A stretch of DNA of 64,000 nucleotides from Tubulanus polymorphus (taxonomy: Eukaryota; Animalia; Nemertea): NCBI RefSeq assembly GCF_964204645.1, contig NC_134028.1:10292001-10356000 (forward strand), in the 5' to 3' direction. Below the pieces are notes generated by a model. That model ran no database searches, was not told the DNA's origin, and saw only the letters and a program-made list of their open reading frames with translations. The position numbers and the translations under genes are program-made. Shown here piece after piece: positions 23,434 through 35,462 of the stretch (its first letter is position 1; every line of letters begins with the position of its first letter).

Positions 23434-24102
23434 ATGGAACCAGAACAACCACAAACTATCAATATTACAAATAACACTGGTGTCATAAATATATATTATA
23501 AGAAGTGTTCTAAATGTGAATTAGATAAATTAGCTATAACAGAATTTAATAAGCGTAAGATTAGCAAAAATGGTTTTCAATATTGCTGTAAAACTTGTAT
23601 TAAACTATATACCAAGCAATATCGACAAGATAATAGAGAAGCTTATAATGATTACATAACAAAATATATGAGAGAAAGATATCAAACAGATCTAAATTTT
23701 AAAATGAAACAATGTTTGAGAACTAGATTATCAAAATTATTCAGTAAAGAAACGCATTCAGAAACACTATCTAATTTGTTGGGTTATACAGATGAATTTT
23801 TCAAATCATGGATAATATATCAGTTTAATGATGAAATGAATATTAATAATTATGGGGATTATTTTCATATTGATCATGTGTTGCCTATTTCTAAATTTAA
23901 CATGAATGATGAATATGATAAAAAGTTAATTTGGAATTAGAAGAATTTAAGACCTCTTGAAAAGAAGGAAAATATGATTAAACATGATAAACTAGATTTA
24001 CAGTTATATTTAGAACAGTTAACAAAGGCAAAGAAATTCATTGAATTATGGAACAATGATTCGAATAATGAAAAATATATTGAATCTTTATTGAGTGGTT
24101 AA
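23434..24102 (+). pseudogene. HNH-type endonuclease with N-terminal Zn ribbon (one in-frame stop)
   Basis: CSKC..CKTC; FHIDHVLP...N*KNLRPL..EN..K. The TAG at 23938 is TGG in the C copy. Confidence 0.75.
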
Positions 24103-24370
24103 AGAATGATAGAATTCAAATAAAGAATATTAAAAAAACAATAACTTCAACTAGCCACTATTTCTATTTTAATTTTTTTTTTAAATCTATTATTTCTTTT
24201 CAAAAAGGGAATACTTTATATAACAAATAAAAAATACTAAAAAAACAATAACTAATACTAAAATCTTTAACTTTAACTAACCTAGTCAATTTAGTATCAA
24301 TAATTTAACTAACTAGCATCATTTTATAATACTTATAATATTTTTTTTCACCTTTTTTTCTCTAATATAA

Positions 24371-24952
24371 ATGTCAAAGAAATCTAGTAAGAATAGTATT
24401 AATATTGAAAAAACATTAGATGATTTAGGCATTAGTGATAATAAGGATATTCCAACCAAAATTGAAAATAATATTGATTGTAATATATGTATTGATTTTG
24501 AATACTATTTATATTGTGAACACCATCTAGAATTATTAATTGCTGGTGGAAAATCTAAAGAGTTTTTAAATAGAATTGTTACTTTTCAAGAATTAGATGC
24601 CATGAAACCAGATAAAGTAATAAAACATTTCAAAATATATGAAGAAGCTAGATTAGCCCGAATAAATGATTATATTTCAGATGGTATTGTCAAATGTTAT
24701 TCAAAATTATGTAACCGGTTAATACCAATTGATGATGAAAATAAATTATATGGTGATTTAAAAAATGACTACTTAGTTATGACAGAATTACAAAAATGGG
24801 TTGGATACGCTTCATTTCAATTAGGTGGAATAATGACATTAATTTCTACTGGAGTTATAACATTTTCTAACATTAAACCTATAGTATGTAAAGATAAAAG
24901 TAATTCAGATAATATTGAATCAGAACAAAAATTAACTAAAATAAATGAGTGA
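24371..24952 (+). CDS. Conserved hypothetical Polinton protein
   Basis: Intact 193-aa ORF; homologue at 48586-49155. Confidence 0.75.
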   Translation: MSKKSSKNSINIEKTLDDLGISDNKDIPTKIENNIDCNICIDFEYYLYCEHHLELLIAGGKSKEFLNRIVTFQELDAMKPDKVIKHFKIYEEARLARINDYISDGIVKCYSKLCNRLIPIDDENKLYGDLKNDYLVMTELQKWVGYASFQLGGIMTLISTGVITFSNIKPIVCKDKSNSDNIESEQKLTKINE

Positions 24953-25280
24953 TAGCGTTAAGAAGAAGCCTAGATCCGAGAAACAAATTAAATGGGCAAG
25001 AGAATTAGGTAAAAGATCTGCAGAATTAAAAACAGCTAAGAAAAAGAAATTAATCCATCTAAGAAATCCATCTAATTCATCTAATAGTGGAAGAAATAAT
25101 AAATTATATATTACAATTGGATTAGTAACAGTTATTATATTTTCTGGTGTAATATATAAATATAAGTATAAATCTGATTATAACAACAATGATTCCAATG
25201 ATAATAAACCTATTATACCAGAAAATAAGTCAAATCATAAAGTCATTGAAACTAAATCTAAATTATTATTAAGTGATTAA
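24945..25280 (+). CDS. Small basic protein with single TM
   Basis: Lys/Arg-rich N-terminus, TM LYITIGLVTVIIFSGVIY; homologue at ~49148-49498. Confidence 0.7.
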   Translation: MSDSVKKKPRSEKQIKWARELGKRSAELKTAKKKKLIHLRNPSNSSNSGRNNKLYITIGLVTVIIFSGVIYKYKYKSDYNNNDSNDNKPIIPENKSNHKVIETKSKLLLSD

Positions 25281-25286
25281 AATAAA

Positions 25287-26381
25287 ATGAAAAAAGAACA
25301 ATATTTAAGAGAGTTATATTACAACCCAGAAAGTGAAGTATCATATTCTAGTGTTTCAGAATTATGGGATAAAATTAAATCTGATAAATAAAATGGTGAT
25401 ATAAAATATAGTGAACTAAGATTATGGTTACAAAATCAACCAACATATCATATCCATAAGAAAATGGATAAAACTTATTTAACGAGAAAAGTTATGGTTT
25501 CATATATCGATCAACAATGGCAAGCAGATTTAATTGATATGAAGAACTTGGAAGAATACAACAAAGGATATTTCTGGATATTAAATGTTATAGACATATT
25601 CAGTAGATACGCATGGTCAATTCCAATCAAAAATAAAACTGGTATAGAAGTGACAAATGCTTTCAAATCAATATTTAAAGAAGCTATTCCAGGTAAGATA
25701 CAATTTGATGAAGGTAAGGAATTTTATAACAAACATTTTAAAAAACTATTATCTGATAACGATGTATATTATTTTTCAACACATTCAGATAAAAAAAGCA
25801 TCTATTATAGAAAGGTTTTAATAAAACATTGAAAACTAGAATGTGGAAATATTTTACTGATAATGAAACATATAAATATATCGATATATTAGATGATTTA
25901 GTGAAAGGTTATAATAATTCTAAACATAGTTCTATAAATATGAAACCTATACAAGCTAGAAAAGAAGATAATTCAGAAATAGTTTGGAATAACTTATATG
26001 GTGCGTTTGTTACACATGATTTCGGAGAACCTAAATTTAAAATAGGACAACATGTAAGAATATCTAAATATAGAAAAACATTTTATAAAGGTTATACTCC
26101 AAACTTTACTGAAGAAATATTCAAGATTAAAAAGATAATACTAAATAAACCTTTTTGTTTATAAATCAGAAGATTTAAAAGATGATGAAATATTAGGTTA
26201 TTTCTATGAACAAGAATTATCGCTTGTACCAAATCCAGATGATTTAGAATACAAAATAGAAAAAGTATTGAAAACAAAAACTCTTAAAGGAAAAAAGTAT
26301 TCTTTGGTGAAATATAAAGGATATGATGATAAATTTAATGAATGGATTTTATCTAGTAAAATTAAAAGAATAAATGAATAA
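25287..26381 (+). pseudogene. int: Retroviral-like (rve) integrase with C-terminal chromodomain, frameshifted
   Basis: WQADLIDM, IDIFSRYAW, IQFDEGKEF, YNNSKHSSI; tail YKIEKVL..LVKYKGY..NEWI. Confidence 0.92.
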
Positions 26382-26972
26382 AGATTTATTTATATTTGAA
26401 CCGCATGATATGTTAGTTACTGGAGTAACCAACTGTGGTAAAACGAATTTCATATTAGACTTGTTAGAAACTATTTATAAGAATCATTTGGGTTATATAA
26501 TATTATTCTGTCCTACTTATGAAATGAATAAAACATATAATAGAGATATATTTAAGATAAAACAGTTTATTATATTAGATCCTAAAACAGTAAAAGAAAA
26601 TTTAGATAATTGTATTAAAATAGCAATTGATATCTATAAAGGATCAAATACATTATTCATTATATAGATGATTGTGCAAATTTACATGATTCAAAAGTTA
26701 GAGAAAGTGAGTTATGTTTGGGATATTTTGGGATAACAACATGGGTTTTAAATCAAAAATATATTCCAATTGTTAAAGATTTTGGGGAGAATATAAGATT
26801 TTTAGTCTTATTTTATAACAAAGATAGAAAATCTATGCAACAATCATTAGAAGAAAATCAAATTATACCTACTGAATTACATGATGAATATATGAATAAA
26901 TTAAAGAATAATAAAAGTTCAAAATTATTACTGAGGCTTCAATTTCCATATGAATATAAATTTATAAAATAA
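26374..26972 (+). pseudogene. A32/FtsK-like DNA packaging ATPase
   Basis: Walker A GVTNCGKT and Walker B FII(D)D; homologue at 50526-51139 retains GRHFG. Confidence 0.88.
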
Positions 26973-26989
26973 AATTTGAAATATTATAG

Positions 26990-27385
26990 AAACTATTTAT
27001 ACATCTATGTACTAGACGTACGAGTAAGAAAGTAAGATTCTTACCAAGAAAGTAAGAATTCTTGGATTCTTACTCTAGTACATAGATATATAAATTAGTT
27101 TTATAATAATTATTCTAATAATTATTCTAATACATTTATAAAAATGAATAAATTATATGTTTTCACTTAATAAAAAAAAAATAGATTATATTATAACTAT
27201 TTCTATACTTAGATTAATAATTTACATTTTTAATTTATAAAATAAATATGTGTATATCTATGTACGAGACGTACGAGTAAGAAAGTAAGATTCTTACCTA
27301 GATTCTTAAATTCTTATATTCTTACCAAGATTCTTACTTTCTTACTCGTACGTCTAGTACATAGATATATAAATAGTTTTATAAT
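26990..27385. terminator. Two related palindromes at the convergence of the two gene arms (putative terminators)
   Basis: TATATCTATGTACGAGACGTACGAGTAAGAAAGTAAGA...TCTTACTTTCTTACTCGTACGTCTAGTACATAGATATA at ~27253-27369, with a related copy at ~26990-27103. The function is inferred. Confidence 0.45.
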
Positions 27386-27388
27386 AAT

Positions 27389-28509
27389 TATTCTAATTTT
27401 GTTTCTAATACATTTATAAAATCATCTTTGTTTATATCTAATTCACTATAAGTCTTTGGTAGATTTATTAATTTTAGTCGAGCCATCTTAAAATGATAAT
27501 TAGTATGTATATTAGCTTTTTCTCTTAATTTTTCAAAGTATTCATTAAAATCATCATAATTAAAATTAAAACGATTTCTAAAATTTTTTATTAGATAACT
27601 TTAATCTATTTTTCTCAAATATAATAATTTATATATTTGGTCAGGATTATCTTCTGCATAAGCTAATAATTTATCAAATAACAACGTATAGTATATATAC
27701 TATTGGTTAGTTTTAGGATTAAAATATTTGATATATTTCTCTGGGTTATTTAACAATGGTATCATACTCACCATTTTATAAACATTAATGTAATTTTGAT
27801 TGATAATGAGTATTTTCATCAACAGGTTCAATTTTCTTATTACAATATTGACGCATTTTTCTTTCTATTTCTTCTAATTTCTTTTCATATTCTTCTAACT
27901 CCCTTTCATTTTCTATATGCGCTTGAGATTTTTTATTTTTTATTTATTATAGAAAAATTACTTTTAGAAATATCTAAATCACAAATGTTACAATGTTTTT
28001 TAGAATCATCAATTGTTTCATTATCATTAGTTTCAATTGTATTAACATTATTTATTAAATTATCTATTATATTACTATTAGATATATTATTATCATTATT
28101 ATTCTTTTCTTTTTCTACATGTTTCTTTGATTTCTTATGTGATGCCCAATTTTATATATATATTTATAAGAGATATATATTTCTTGCATACATCACAATA
28201 TTTTTCATTTATCTTTTTGGTTTAGATATCAGGTTCAATCTTATCATCATTCGATGTAGAAGGTATAACATTATCTTCTATTTTTGTTTCAATATTATTA
28301 TCTATTTTAGATTCAATATTATCTTCTATTTTTGTTTCAATATTATCTTCTATTTTTGTTTCAATATTATTATCAATTTTACTTATTCTATATTTGAATT
28401 GATTAAAATATTCTCCAAAATAATTACTGTATTCATCATAAGGTATTATATAATATATATCTGGTATCATTTCATTTGGATTTTGTATTTCATATATTCC
28501 TCCTTCCAT
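27389..28509 (-). pseudogene. Variable accessory ORFs (one with IETKIEDN repeats, one with a C2H2-like remnant)
   Basis: ORF 28222-28509 has a TAAATG start and a 24-bp tandem repeat. Broken frames lie downstream; their boundaries are approximate. Confidence 0.45.
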
Positions 28510-28541
28510 TTATTATAGATTTTTTTATTAAACTTAAAATT

Positions 28542-29781
28542 CTAATACATAACACTATTTAATTGAGAATTTACAATATTTAATTGCGCGTCAGATATAA
28601 TATAAATGTGCATTTTGAAATTTAAGCTTCCTTTTTTCTTTGTCATGAATAATTGTATCCCATCTTTAGTGTTCTGTAGTTTTTTTCCCAGAACCATGTA
28701 ATGAATTATCTTCAGTTGTTCTGAAATCTAACCATAATGCATATTTATTGCCGGTGTAATAATCAATTTGATTAAAATTACAAGTATCAGATGATTTTAC
28801 TTTTTCATTCATAAAATGTTTTCTAATTTCTGGCCATTGATCTATCATTCTCATTCCTTGGCAAAATATCTTATTTGCTATTCCTTCGATAGTAATTTCT
28901 ACTTTTGTTATTTCAGGATTATAACAATTATCGACCTGTATTGCGACATCAGAATATGTTGCAATGGTAAAAAATATTAATATGCCTTTAATAGATCTTC
29001 TTGGGAAGTTAATATTCTCATTAATTATTTCATCATGTGCATTAATAGTTACAGTTTTAAATTTATCAATATAATCATATAATAATGAAAATCCTTGATT
29101 GTATTGAGTTTGAATTGAGTTAGCAATATTTTCATCAGTTACTGTATCATATTCTAAACATATATTCGATAATTCATAACCCATATCTTTAACAACGCTA
29201 GATAATACAATTTCATTTACAGGAGCAAATGTTATTTCGAATATAACATCTTCTTGAATTGCGTATTTATATAAAGGCTTATTATTATTTATCAATTCAA
29301 AGTCTAATGGAATTTTATATTTGCTTCCATAAATCTTTTTAATCAAATTATCTGCGGTACGAGTTACTATTGCGTCATTAGCTCCTGATCTTAATTTTTT
29401 TTGGTTTTCTGATTGGATGCCTTGAAATATCATATTATTTCTATTTTCTTTAGTTAACCATAAATCTTTGTAATGCGTAAATAAATTATAATCATCTAAT
29501 GAGAAAACTGTTTCTGGACCAATCTTTATAGTTAATTTTTTAATCAAATATCTCCCAACATTATCAACAACATAATTATTATTATTACCAGTTACTTTTA
29601 TATCAGCTGATAAATAAATAATATTTGGAACATTTTGTGTTAATCGAGGAATTCTAACATATAAAATATCATCGGGATTAATATTTGAAGGATTATGAGT
29701 AATTATATGATGAGATCTTTCTGCTTCAATAGCATAAGATATTCTAGAATTCTTAGAAGGACTTATATAACTCCCACTCAT
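28542..29781 (-). pseudogene. Major capsid protein (double jelly-roll type, predicted); frameshift near C-terminus
   Basis: ~410 codons, beta-rich; NPSNINP..L.V.IP.L, VDNVGR.LI, LEYDTV, ALWLDFRT...LHGSG; conserved in C; position typical of a Polinton MCP. Confidence 0.78.
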
Positions 29782-29801
29782 TTATTTAACAAAAAAATTA
29801 A

Positions 29802-31512
29802 TCATTTATTTTTAATCATATTCACTAATCCAAAAATAATAGCACTTACAACTGTAATTAAAAATAAAATAATATGTTCAGCAGCAAAGTTTAGAATATT
29901 CCCAGCAGATTTCAATATAATACAAACAATTGATGCAATAACTCCGGGTAATGCTGCAGCAGATTTTTTAGATAGTTCCCATAGATATTTTGCTAATTTC
30001 TTTAAACCATCCTTAACTTTATCTTGTATAGAATTATTATCATTCGGGGGTTCATCCGGTTTATTGGGAGTAGGAGTAGAATTTAATGAATTTGATATTG
30101 CTAAACCAATTTTTGTGAATACCATAGTTACAGCTGTTAGAATTGAAAGAATTGTGATTCCTCCTAATTTAAATAATAATTTTATTCTGTCTTTCAATGA
30201 TATTTTAGAATCTGGTTTTATTATTAAATCTTTAAAAATAACTTTTAATTTTTTAATATGATTAAGATCATATAATTTTAATAATATATATCTTTCTTTT
30301 TCCTGAAATTCTTTGTTATATTTTAAATCATCTATTTCTTTTTCTAAAGCTAACTTTCTGCATTCATAATCAACTTCATCAATTACATGAAGATCTCTAT
30401 TTAATTCTAATTTTTTTAATTCTTCATTTGCATTAGTTATTTCTTTTTCTAACATGGTTATTTTAGAAAATCTCATCTTAATATTAGCAATTTCACCAGC
30501 TGATTCTTGCATACCTTTAATTTCTCTACGTGCTTGTTCAGGAAATGCCTATAATTCATCATCAGTTAAATCAAATAATCCTTTTTCTAGTAAAGATTGC
30601 ATTCGATTTATTCCAGTTTCAGCAGCAGATGTATCTGACATACTATTCATCAGTTCTTCTGTATCACTTAATCTATCAATTTGATCTTCTAATACTAATG
30701 GTAATTGACTTGAATCATTATCAATTTGTTGATTATCTCTTCTCGGTGTTTCTGGTGTTGAAGATCTTAATCTATCTAATCGATCTCCATACTCTTCCAT
30801 TTCTGAATCAACATCAGTAGGATTTTGATTTGGATTTTTAAATGGTGAATATTTGTTTATATCAATTTTAGGAATTGGTTCTTTTTCATTTATTCTATCG
30901 AGTGCATTCCATATAATTCTGAAAAATTCTCTACCGCCATTTGAACCTTCAATTGTAGATCTTGCTCGCATTCCAGGTTCAAAAATATTTTCTTGACCCA
31001 TTCTGGATAATTGTATTGATTCAGTTTTACCATTTCATTCAAGATTATAATACCATGCATAATTTTTAAATTCTAAATTATTCATGAAATGTGGATCATC
31101 TTTTTCAATTTGTTCTACAACACCTTCTGTATCAATTTTATCTATTACAACTTTTGGTAATAATTCGTTAACAATTGTATCTGTTACTCTAGTTTTCATT
31201 AAATATAAATCTTCTTACAATTCAGGGTTTTCTGTTCTTTCTAATCTATCAATTAAATCTTTTCTAAATGTTACGGGTTTAATAACTTTCCTTTCGGGGG
31301 CTGTCATATATTCTTCAAATTTTTTGCGTGTTTCAGTATCATCTTTGAATTCATCATAATCATATAGGCCCACTAGAATCATTTTCACCTAAATTAGTAT
31401 TATATGATGATTCATCATCATTATCAATATTATTTTCATTAAATTCAGGTTGTGGTTCATCACTTATACCAGGGGCGTTACCAAAAGTATCCATTGGAAT
31501 ATCTTCTTCCAT
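29802..31512 (-). pseudogene. Large protein with variable acidic N-terminus, coiled coil and C-terminal TM region
   Basis: ORFs 29802-30512 and 30549-31001 plus upstream frames. The C-terminus (GITILSILTA, ALPGVIASIV) is conserved in C; the N-terminal half is not obviously alignable. Confidence 0.65.
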
Positions 31513-31528
31513 TTATATAATAAAAAAA

Positions 31529-32836
31529 TTAAAATTTAAAATACAATATTCCTCCGATTACAATTCCTATACAAGTTATAGCTAATTTAGCATTTTCATG
31601 GGATTTATTATCATTATCGGTTTTTAATTATTTCATGTTGAATAATATCAGTTTTACCATTTTATGTAGTATTATAATCTTTTATTTTGGAATCATTATT
31701 TAATTTAATATTCTTAGTTTTAGTTTCCGTTAATTGAATATGTTTTTTATTTTTTTCACCTTCCATTAATTTTGGAGCAGTAATAACCTTTTTATTTATA
31801 TCATTCAATCCAAATGAATTATTTATTGTTGCAGTCTTAATTAGATTATTATAACCAATTATGTTTCCCATCTTTAATACTAAATCATTAGAAATAATTA
31901 ATAGATTAGGGCCTATACAATAATTTAATCTTATATGTGATTTATCTAAATAATTTTGATATCTTACTATATTTTCTGGAATCGATCTATTTTTATCATT
32001 ATGAATTGAATCTTCAAATAATACTTTGAATTGTTTCTGTGTATCAAATGAAGTGTTATCATTTCCAACTATTGGTGATCTTGTTTCAACTTGCGCACCT
32101 AAAATACATATCAAATAAGTTCTAATTGATTGATTTATTCTTTGTATACCAGCTTTAGTAAAACCTTCACTATTTTCTAAAATGAAATTAATCCATCCAT
32201 TATTATTATCAATTCTATAATTATGATAAGCTCCAATTCTATGCATATAATCAATTCTTTTTATTTCATACTCTTCACCAATACTTTGCAATTTACCATG
32301 CGCTCTAAAATCGGAATTAATATTTATATTAAATTCATTACATATTTTATAAAACTTAGATGAATTAATATTATTATCCAATTCTTTAAAATATTTAGAT
32401 CCGGGTAAAGGACATTCTAATTCATTTAATATTATTCTGATTTGAAAATATGTGTGAAATCTAAATATTGTGTGAATTAATTGTAAATCAGAATAATTCA
32501 AATTTTTATCTAAGTTATTTAAAGGATCATTCCAACTTATACCACAACCAGTTGTTGCACAATAAACAGCAAAATTTAATTGATTCTGCCAATATTTCAT
32601 ATTAGATTTTACTTTATATATATGATATTCATCTCGAGTAAAAGTAACTTCATATGTATTAAATATATTTTCCATTTTAGAAATAAAAAACTGTGATTCA
32701 GTAACATAAATTTCTTAATTAGTTAATGAATTTAAAACTAAATTTTTATATGTAATATTCTTTTAAAATCTATTGCAGGAATATTATATTTAATTGATTT
32801 ATTATATTGGAAACCTTTTGGAAAACTATCTACCAT
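31529..32836 (-). pseudogene. Conserved Polinton protein (NQLNFAVYCATTGCG family) with C-terminal TM
   Basis: 337-aa core ORF 31662-32675; three copies in the window. Confidence 0.75.
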
Positions 32837-32852
32837 TTATATAATAAAAAAA

Positions 32853-33287
32853 TTAATAATTAACTAATTCTTTTAATAATTTATCTTGTTCTTCAACTGT
32901 TATATGACCATTTAAACTTATTATATAATCTAATGTGTTTTTTAATTTATTAATTTCTTTTATATTAATTTTAATTTTTTCTTTATTACTTTTTATATTT
33001 AGTTTTGAACTTATACCAGTTAAAACACTTGAACTTAATCCTAACACGCCAATTGATATAGCTAAAGGTGTCAATGGACTGAATATTGCTAGAAATGTTA
33101 TTACAGAACTAATTGTAACTGAACCACTGATAATAAAATAATATATAATTTTACTTTTTAAATATTTTTTTTTTTTAATCTTTAAGTCACTTTCAAATTC
33201 TAATATTTGTTTTTCTAAATATGTTTTTAATTTAGTTTTAATTATATCATGAGGAATGATATCAATAATATCAACTTTATCATCCAT
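32853..33287 (-). CDS. Two-TM membrane protein
   Basis: Intact 144-aa ORF; three copies in the window. Confidence 0.75.
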   Translation of the reverse strand: MDDKVDIIDIIPHDIIKTKLKTYLEKQILEFESDLKIKKKKYLKSKIIYYFIISGSVTISSVITFLAIFSPLTPLAISIGVLGLSSSVLTGISSKLNIKSNKEKIKINIKEINKLKNTLDYIISLNGHITVEEQDKLLKELVNY

Positions 33288-33303
33288 TTATTTAGAAAAG
33301 AAA

Positions 33304-33970
33304 TTACTAATTAGTAAATTTATATGCTACAAATATAACAATAACTGTTCCACCTAAAATCCATATTATTTCATATTTCTGTTGTTCTTTACTTCGGGTA
33401 TAATGATCTGATAATTTAGGTTTGTATAGATGAAATTTTTCTTTATTGGTTACTGCGTTATATAAACTCATTGCATCATCAACTGATTGAAAATCTCTAT
33501 GTGAAATCTTCTGATCATATAATTCCTTGTTAATTTAATCCATATAGTTTTGTCTTTTTTCTCTATATTCTTCTGCTGCTTTATTGTATTTCTCTAATGC
33601 TAAGTTATGTCTTTTTTGTTCTGATAATGATCCATTTTTATCAATATGTTTAAATAAATATCCACCACCAGTAAATGCTAAAGCGTTAACAATTGCCGAT
33701 CCTATAATAGTTATAATTGCAGATTTATTTAACAAAAAAAATACGCATTTATATAGGAGGAATATATTTTTGTTTTTCCAAATAATCGATAGTTAATTTA
33801 GATAAAGTAACTGCTAACGTTAATTTTTAAATATCATTTATATCAAATCTATCAACATTAACACTTCCCATTTTAAAACCTTTTTTTAATACCATTGAAT
33901 AACCAACAGTTGCCACTGATAATAATGCTCCATTATATAATCCAGTTATTATCCACTTCTGATCCGCCAT
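33304..33970 (-). pseudogene. Homologues of the 141-aa and 73-aa hydrophobic genes
   Basis: Match 911-1336 and 57207-57428; start loss and frameshifts. Confidence 0.7.
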
Positions 33971-34312
33971 TTATTTAGAAAAAAAATTACTATCTTTAAA
34001 ATATTTAGTTATTTTATTTATGTTTATTTCAACATTTATTTCATTACTACTTTTATGATTATCATATATTTTGGATAATATGTTTTTAATATCATCAATA
34101 ATTCCATCTTCATTTAATTCATAATATTCTAAAGGTGTTTTAATTAAATCAATTACTTTTTCTATATTATAATTTTCTTTATTAATCATTGATGCATTGT
34201 TAAATGATTTACTTTTTATATCAGTAATTACATCATTAAGTTTAATTCTCATTTCTTTACCATGTTTAAAATCAAACCCAAAATATATGCTCGGACCAAC
34301 AGTTATATTCAT
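33971..34312 (-). CDS. Hypothetical protein (MNITVGP family)
   Basis: Intact 113-aa ORF; homologues in A and C. Confidence 0.7.
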   Translation of the reverse strand: MNITVGPSIYFGFDFKHGKEMRIKLNDVITDIKSKSFNNASMINKENYNIEKVIDLIKTPLEYYELNEDGIIDDIKNILSKIYDNHKSSNEINVEININKITKYFKDSNFFSK

Positions 34313-34329
34313 TTATATAGTGAAAAAAA

Positions 34330-35091
34330 TTACTCTTTACATCTTATAACTAATTCATATATCACAGGAAAGATATTCAAATCAATTGAATATCCATTAT
34401 GATTTCTAATTTCTAATCTAAAATTATTAAATTGAGGAATGCATGGTTTGAAATCACATTCTGTTAAATTATAATTTATTTTTGTTCCAAATTCTTTAAC
34501 ATTCTTCAATGGTAAAATGTTTAGTAAACCAGAATTACAAGTTATATCTTTAGTTGCTTCGAATGTTTTTGTAGGATCGATTAAATTGCAATAAATATAA
34601 AAATGTGTGTAAGGTATTAAGTTTGGTGTAGTAGCATCAATATTTGTAAAAGATCTATCTGGAGGAATTCCTAACAGTTTAGCTATAGGTTTTTTTACCA
34701 TAAATTTATGTTTTTCACTATTAGACAACCTTATCTTTATTCTATCAGAACTATCACTTTTTAAAAATCTAATACTAAACCCGGGATTACTACCTAACTT
34801 GTGCCAGGCTTTTCTATTAATTTCTTGTGCCAATGTATCTAAATTATATAACCCTGGTTTTAAATATATATAGGACCATTCATTGTTACCTTTATCAAAA
34901 ATTAAAAAGGCTCTATGTTCAATAGTTTTATTCGATACCTTGTAAAAAGAATTACATAAACTTATATTAACTAATTTCAAATCTACACAATTCTTAAATT
35001 CTCTATCTAATTGTACTAGTAAATTATGTGATTTATAATTAGTAAGTCTTCTAGAATCAACAAATATTCTGTATTCCTTTAATTCTACCAT
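34330..35091 (-). CDS. Minor capsid (penton-like) protein
   Basis: Intact 253 aa; single-jelly-roll-like motif pattern typical of Polinton pentons. Confidence 0.75.
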   Translation of the reverse strand: MVELKEYRIFVDSRRLTNYKSHNLLVQLDREFKNCVDLKLVNISLCNSFYKVSNKTIEHRAFLIFDKGNNEWSYIYLKPGLYNLDTLAQEINRKAWHKLGSNPGFSIRFLKSDSSDRIKIRLSNSEKHKFMVKKPIAKLLGIPPDRSFTNIDATTPNLIPYTHFYIYCNLIDPTKTFEATKDITCNSGLLNILPLKNVKEFGTKINYNLTECDFKPCIPQFNNFRLEIRNHNGYSIDLNIFPVIYELVIRCKE

Positions 35092-35108
35092 TTATTTTAC
35101 ATATTTTC

Positions 35109-35462
35109 TTATTCGAAATCTATTTCATGGTGCCCTTTTTCATTCTTACCTTTGTATATGAAATAGAAATCTCCAGAACATAATTCTTCTAAATCTTCAC
35201 TTGATAATCTATGAAATATATCTGGTAAATATGTTCTGAATTTATATTTATTTCCTTTTAATCCTTCATATTCTAAGTGGATATCTAATTTACTACCATA
35301 TTTGTTAGTAACTGTATCAATATTTGTAATTAGATATTTCCTATGGATTGTTAATTCTTTTAACTTCTTAAACTTATAATCTACTGATTTGACATTTGAA
35401 GTATCTTTTATTCTATCTAGAAATGATTTGTTGTTCTCATTGTGTGCTTGTTTACTCTCCAT
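35109..35462 (-). CDS. Small conserved protein, possibly OB-fold/ssDNA-binding
   Basis: FKKLKEL..Y.I...TNKYG..L...YLP pattern; next to pPolB; two further copies in C. The fold is inference. Confidence 0.55.
   Translation of the reverse strand: MESKQAHNENNKSFLDRIKDTSNVKSVDYKFKKLKELTIHRKYLITNIDTVTNKYGSKLDIHLEYEGLKGNKYKFRTYLPDIFHRLSSEDLEELCSGDFYFIYKGKNEKGHHEIDFE

Noticed and set aside
27796-28518. 240-aa hydrophobic plus-strand ORF (also 29695-30261, 53295-53861 and similar)
   Set aside because: These are antisense shadows of AT-rich minus-strand viral genes that have proper TAAATG starts and conserved homologues.
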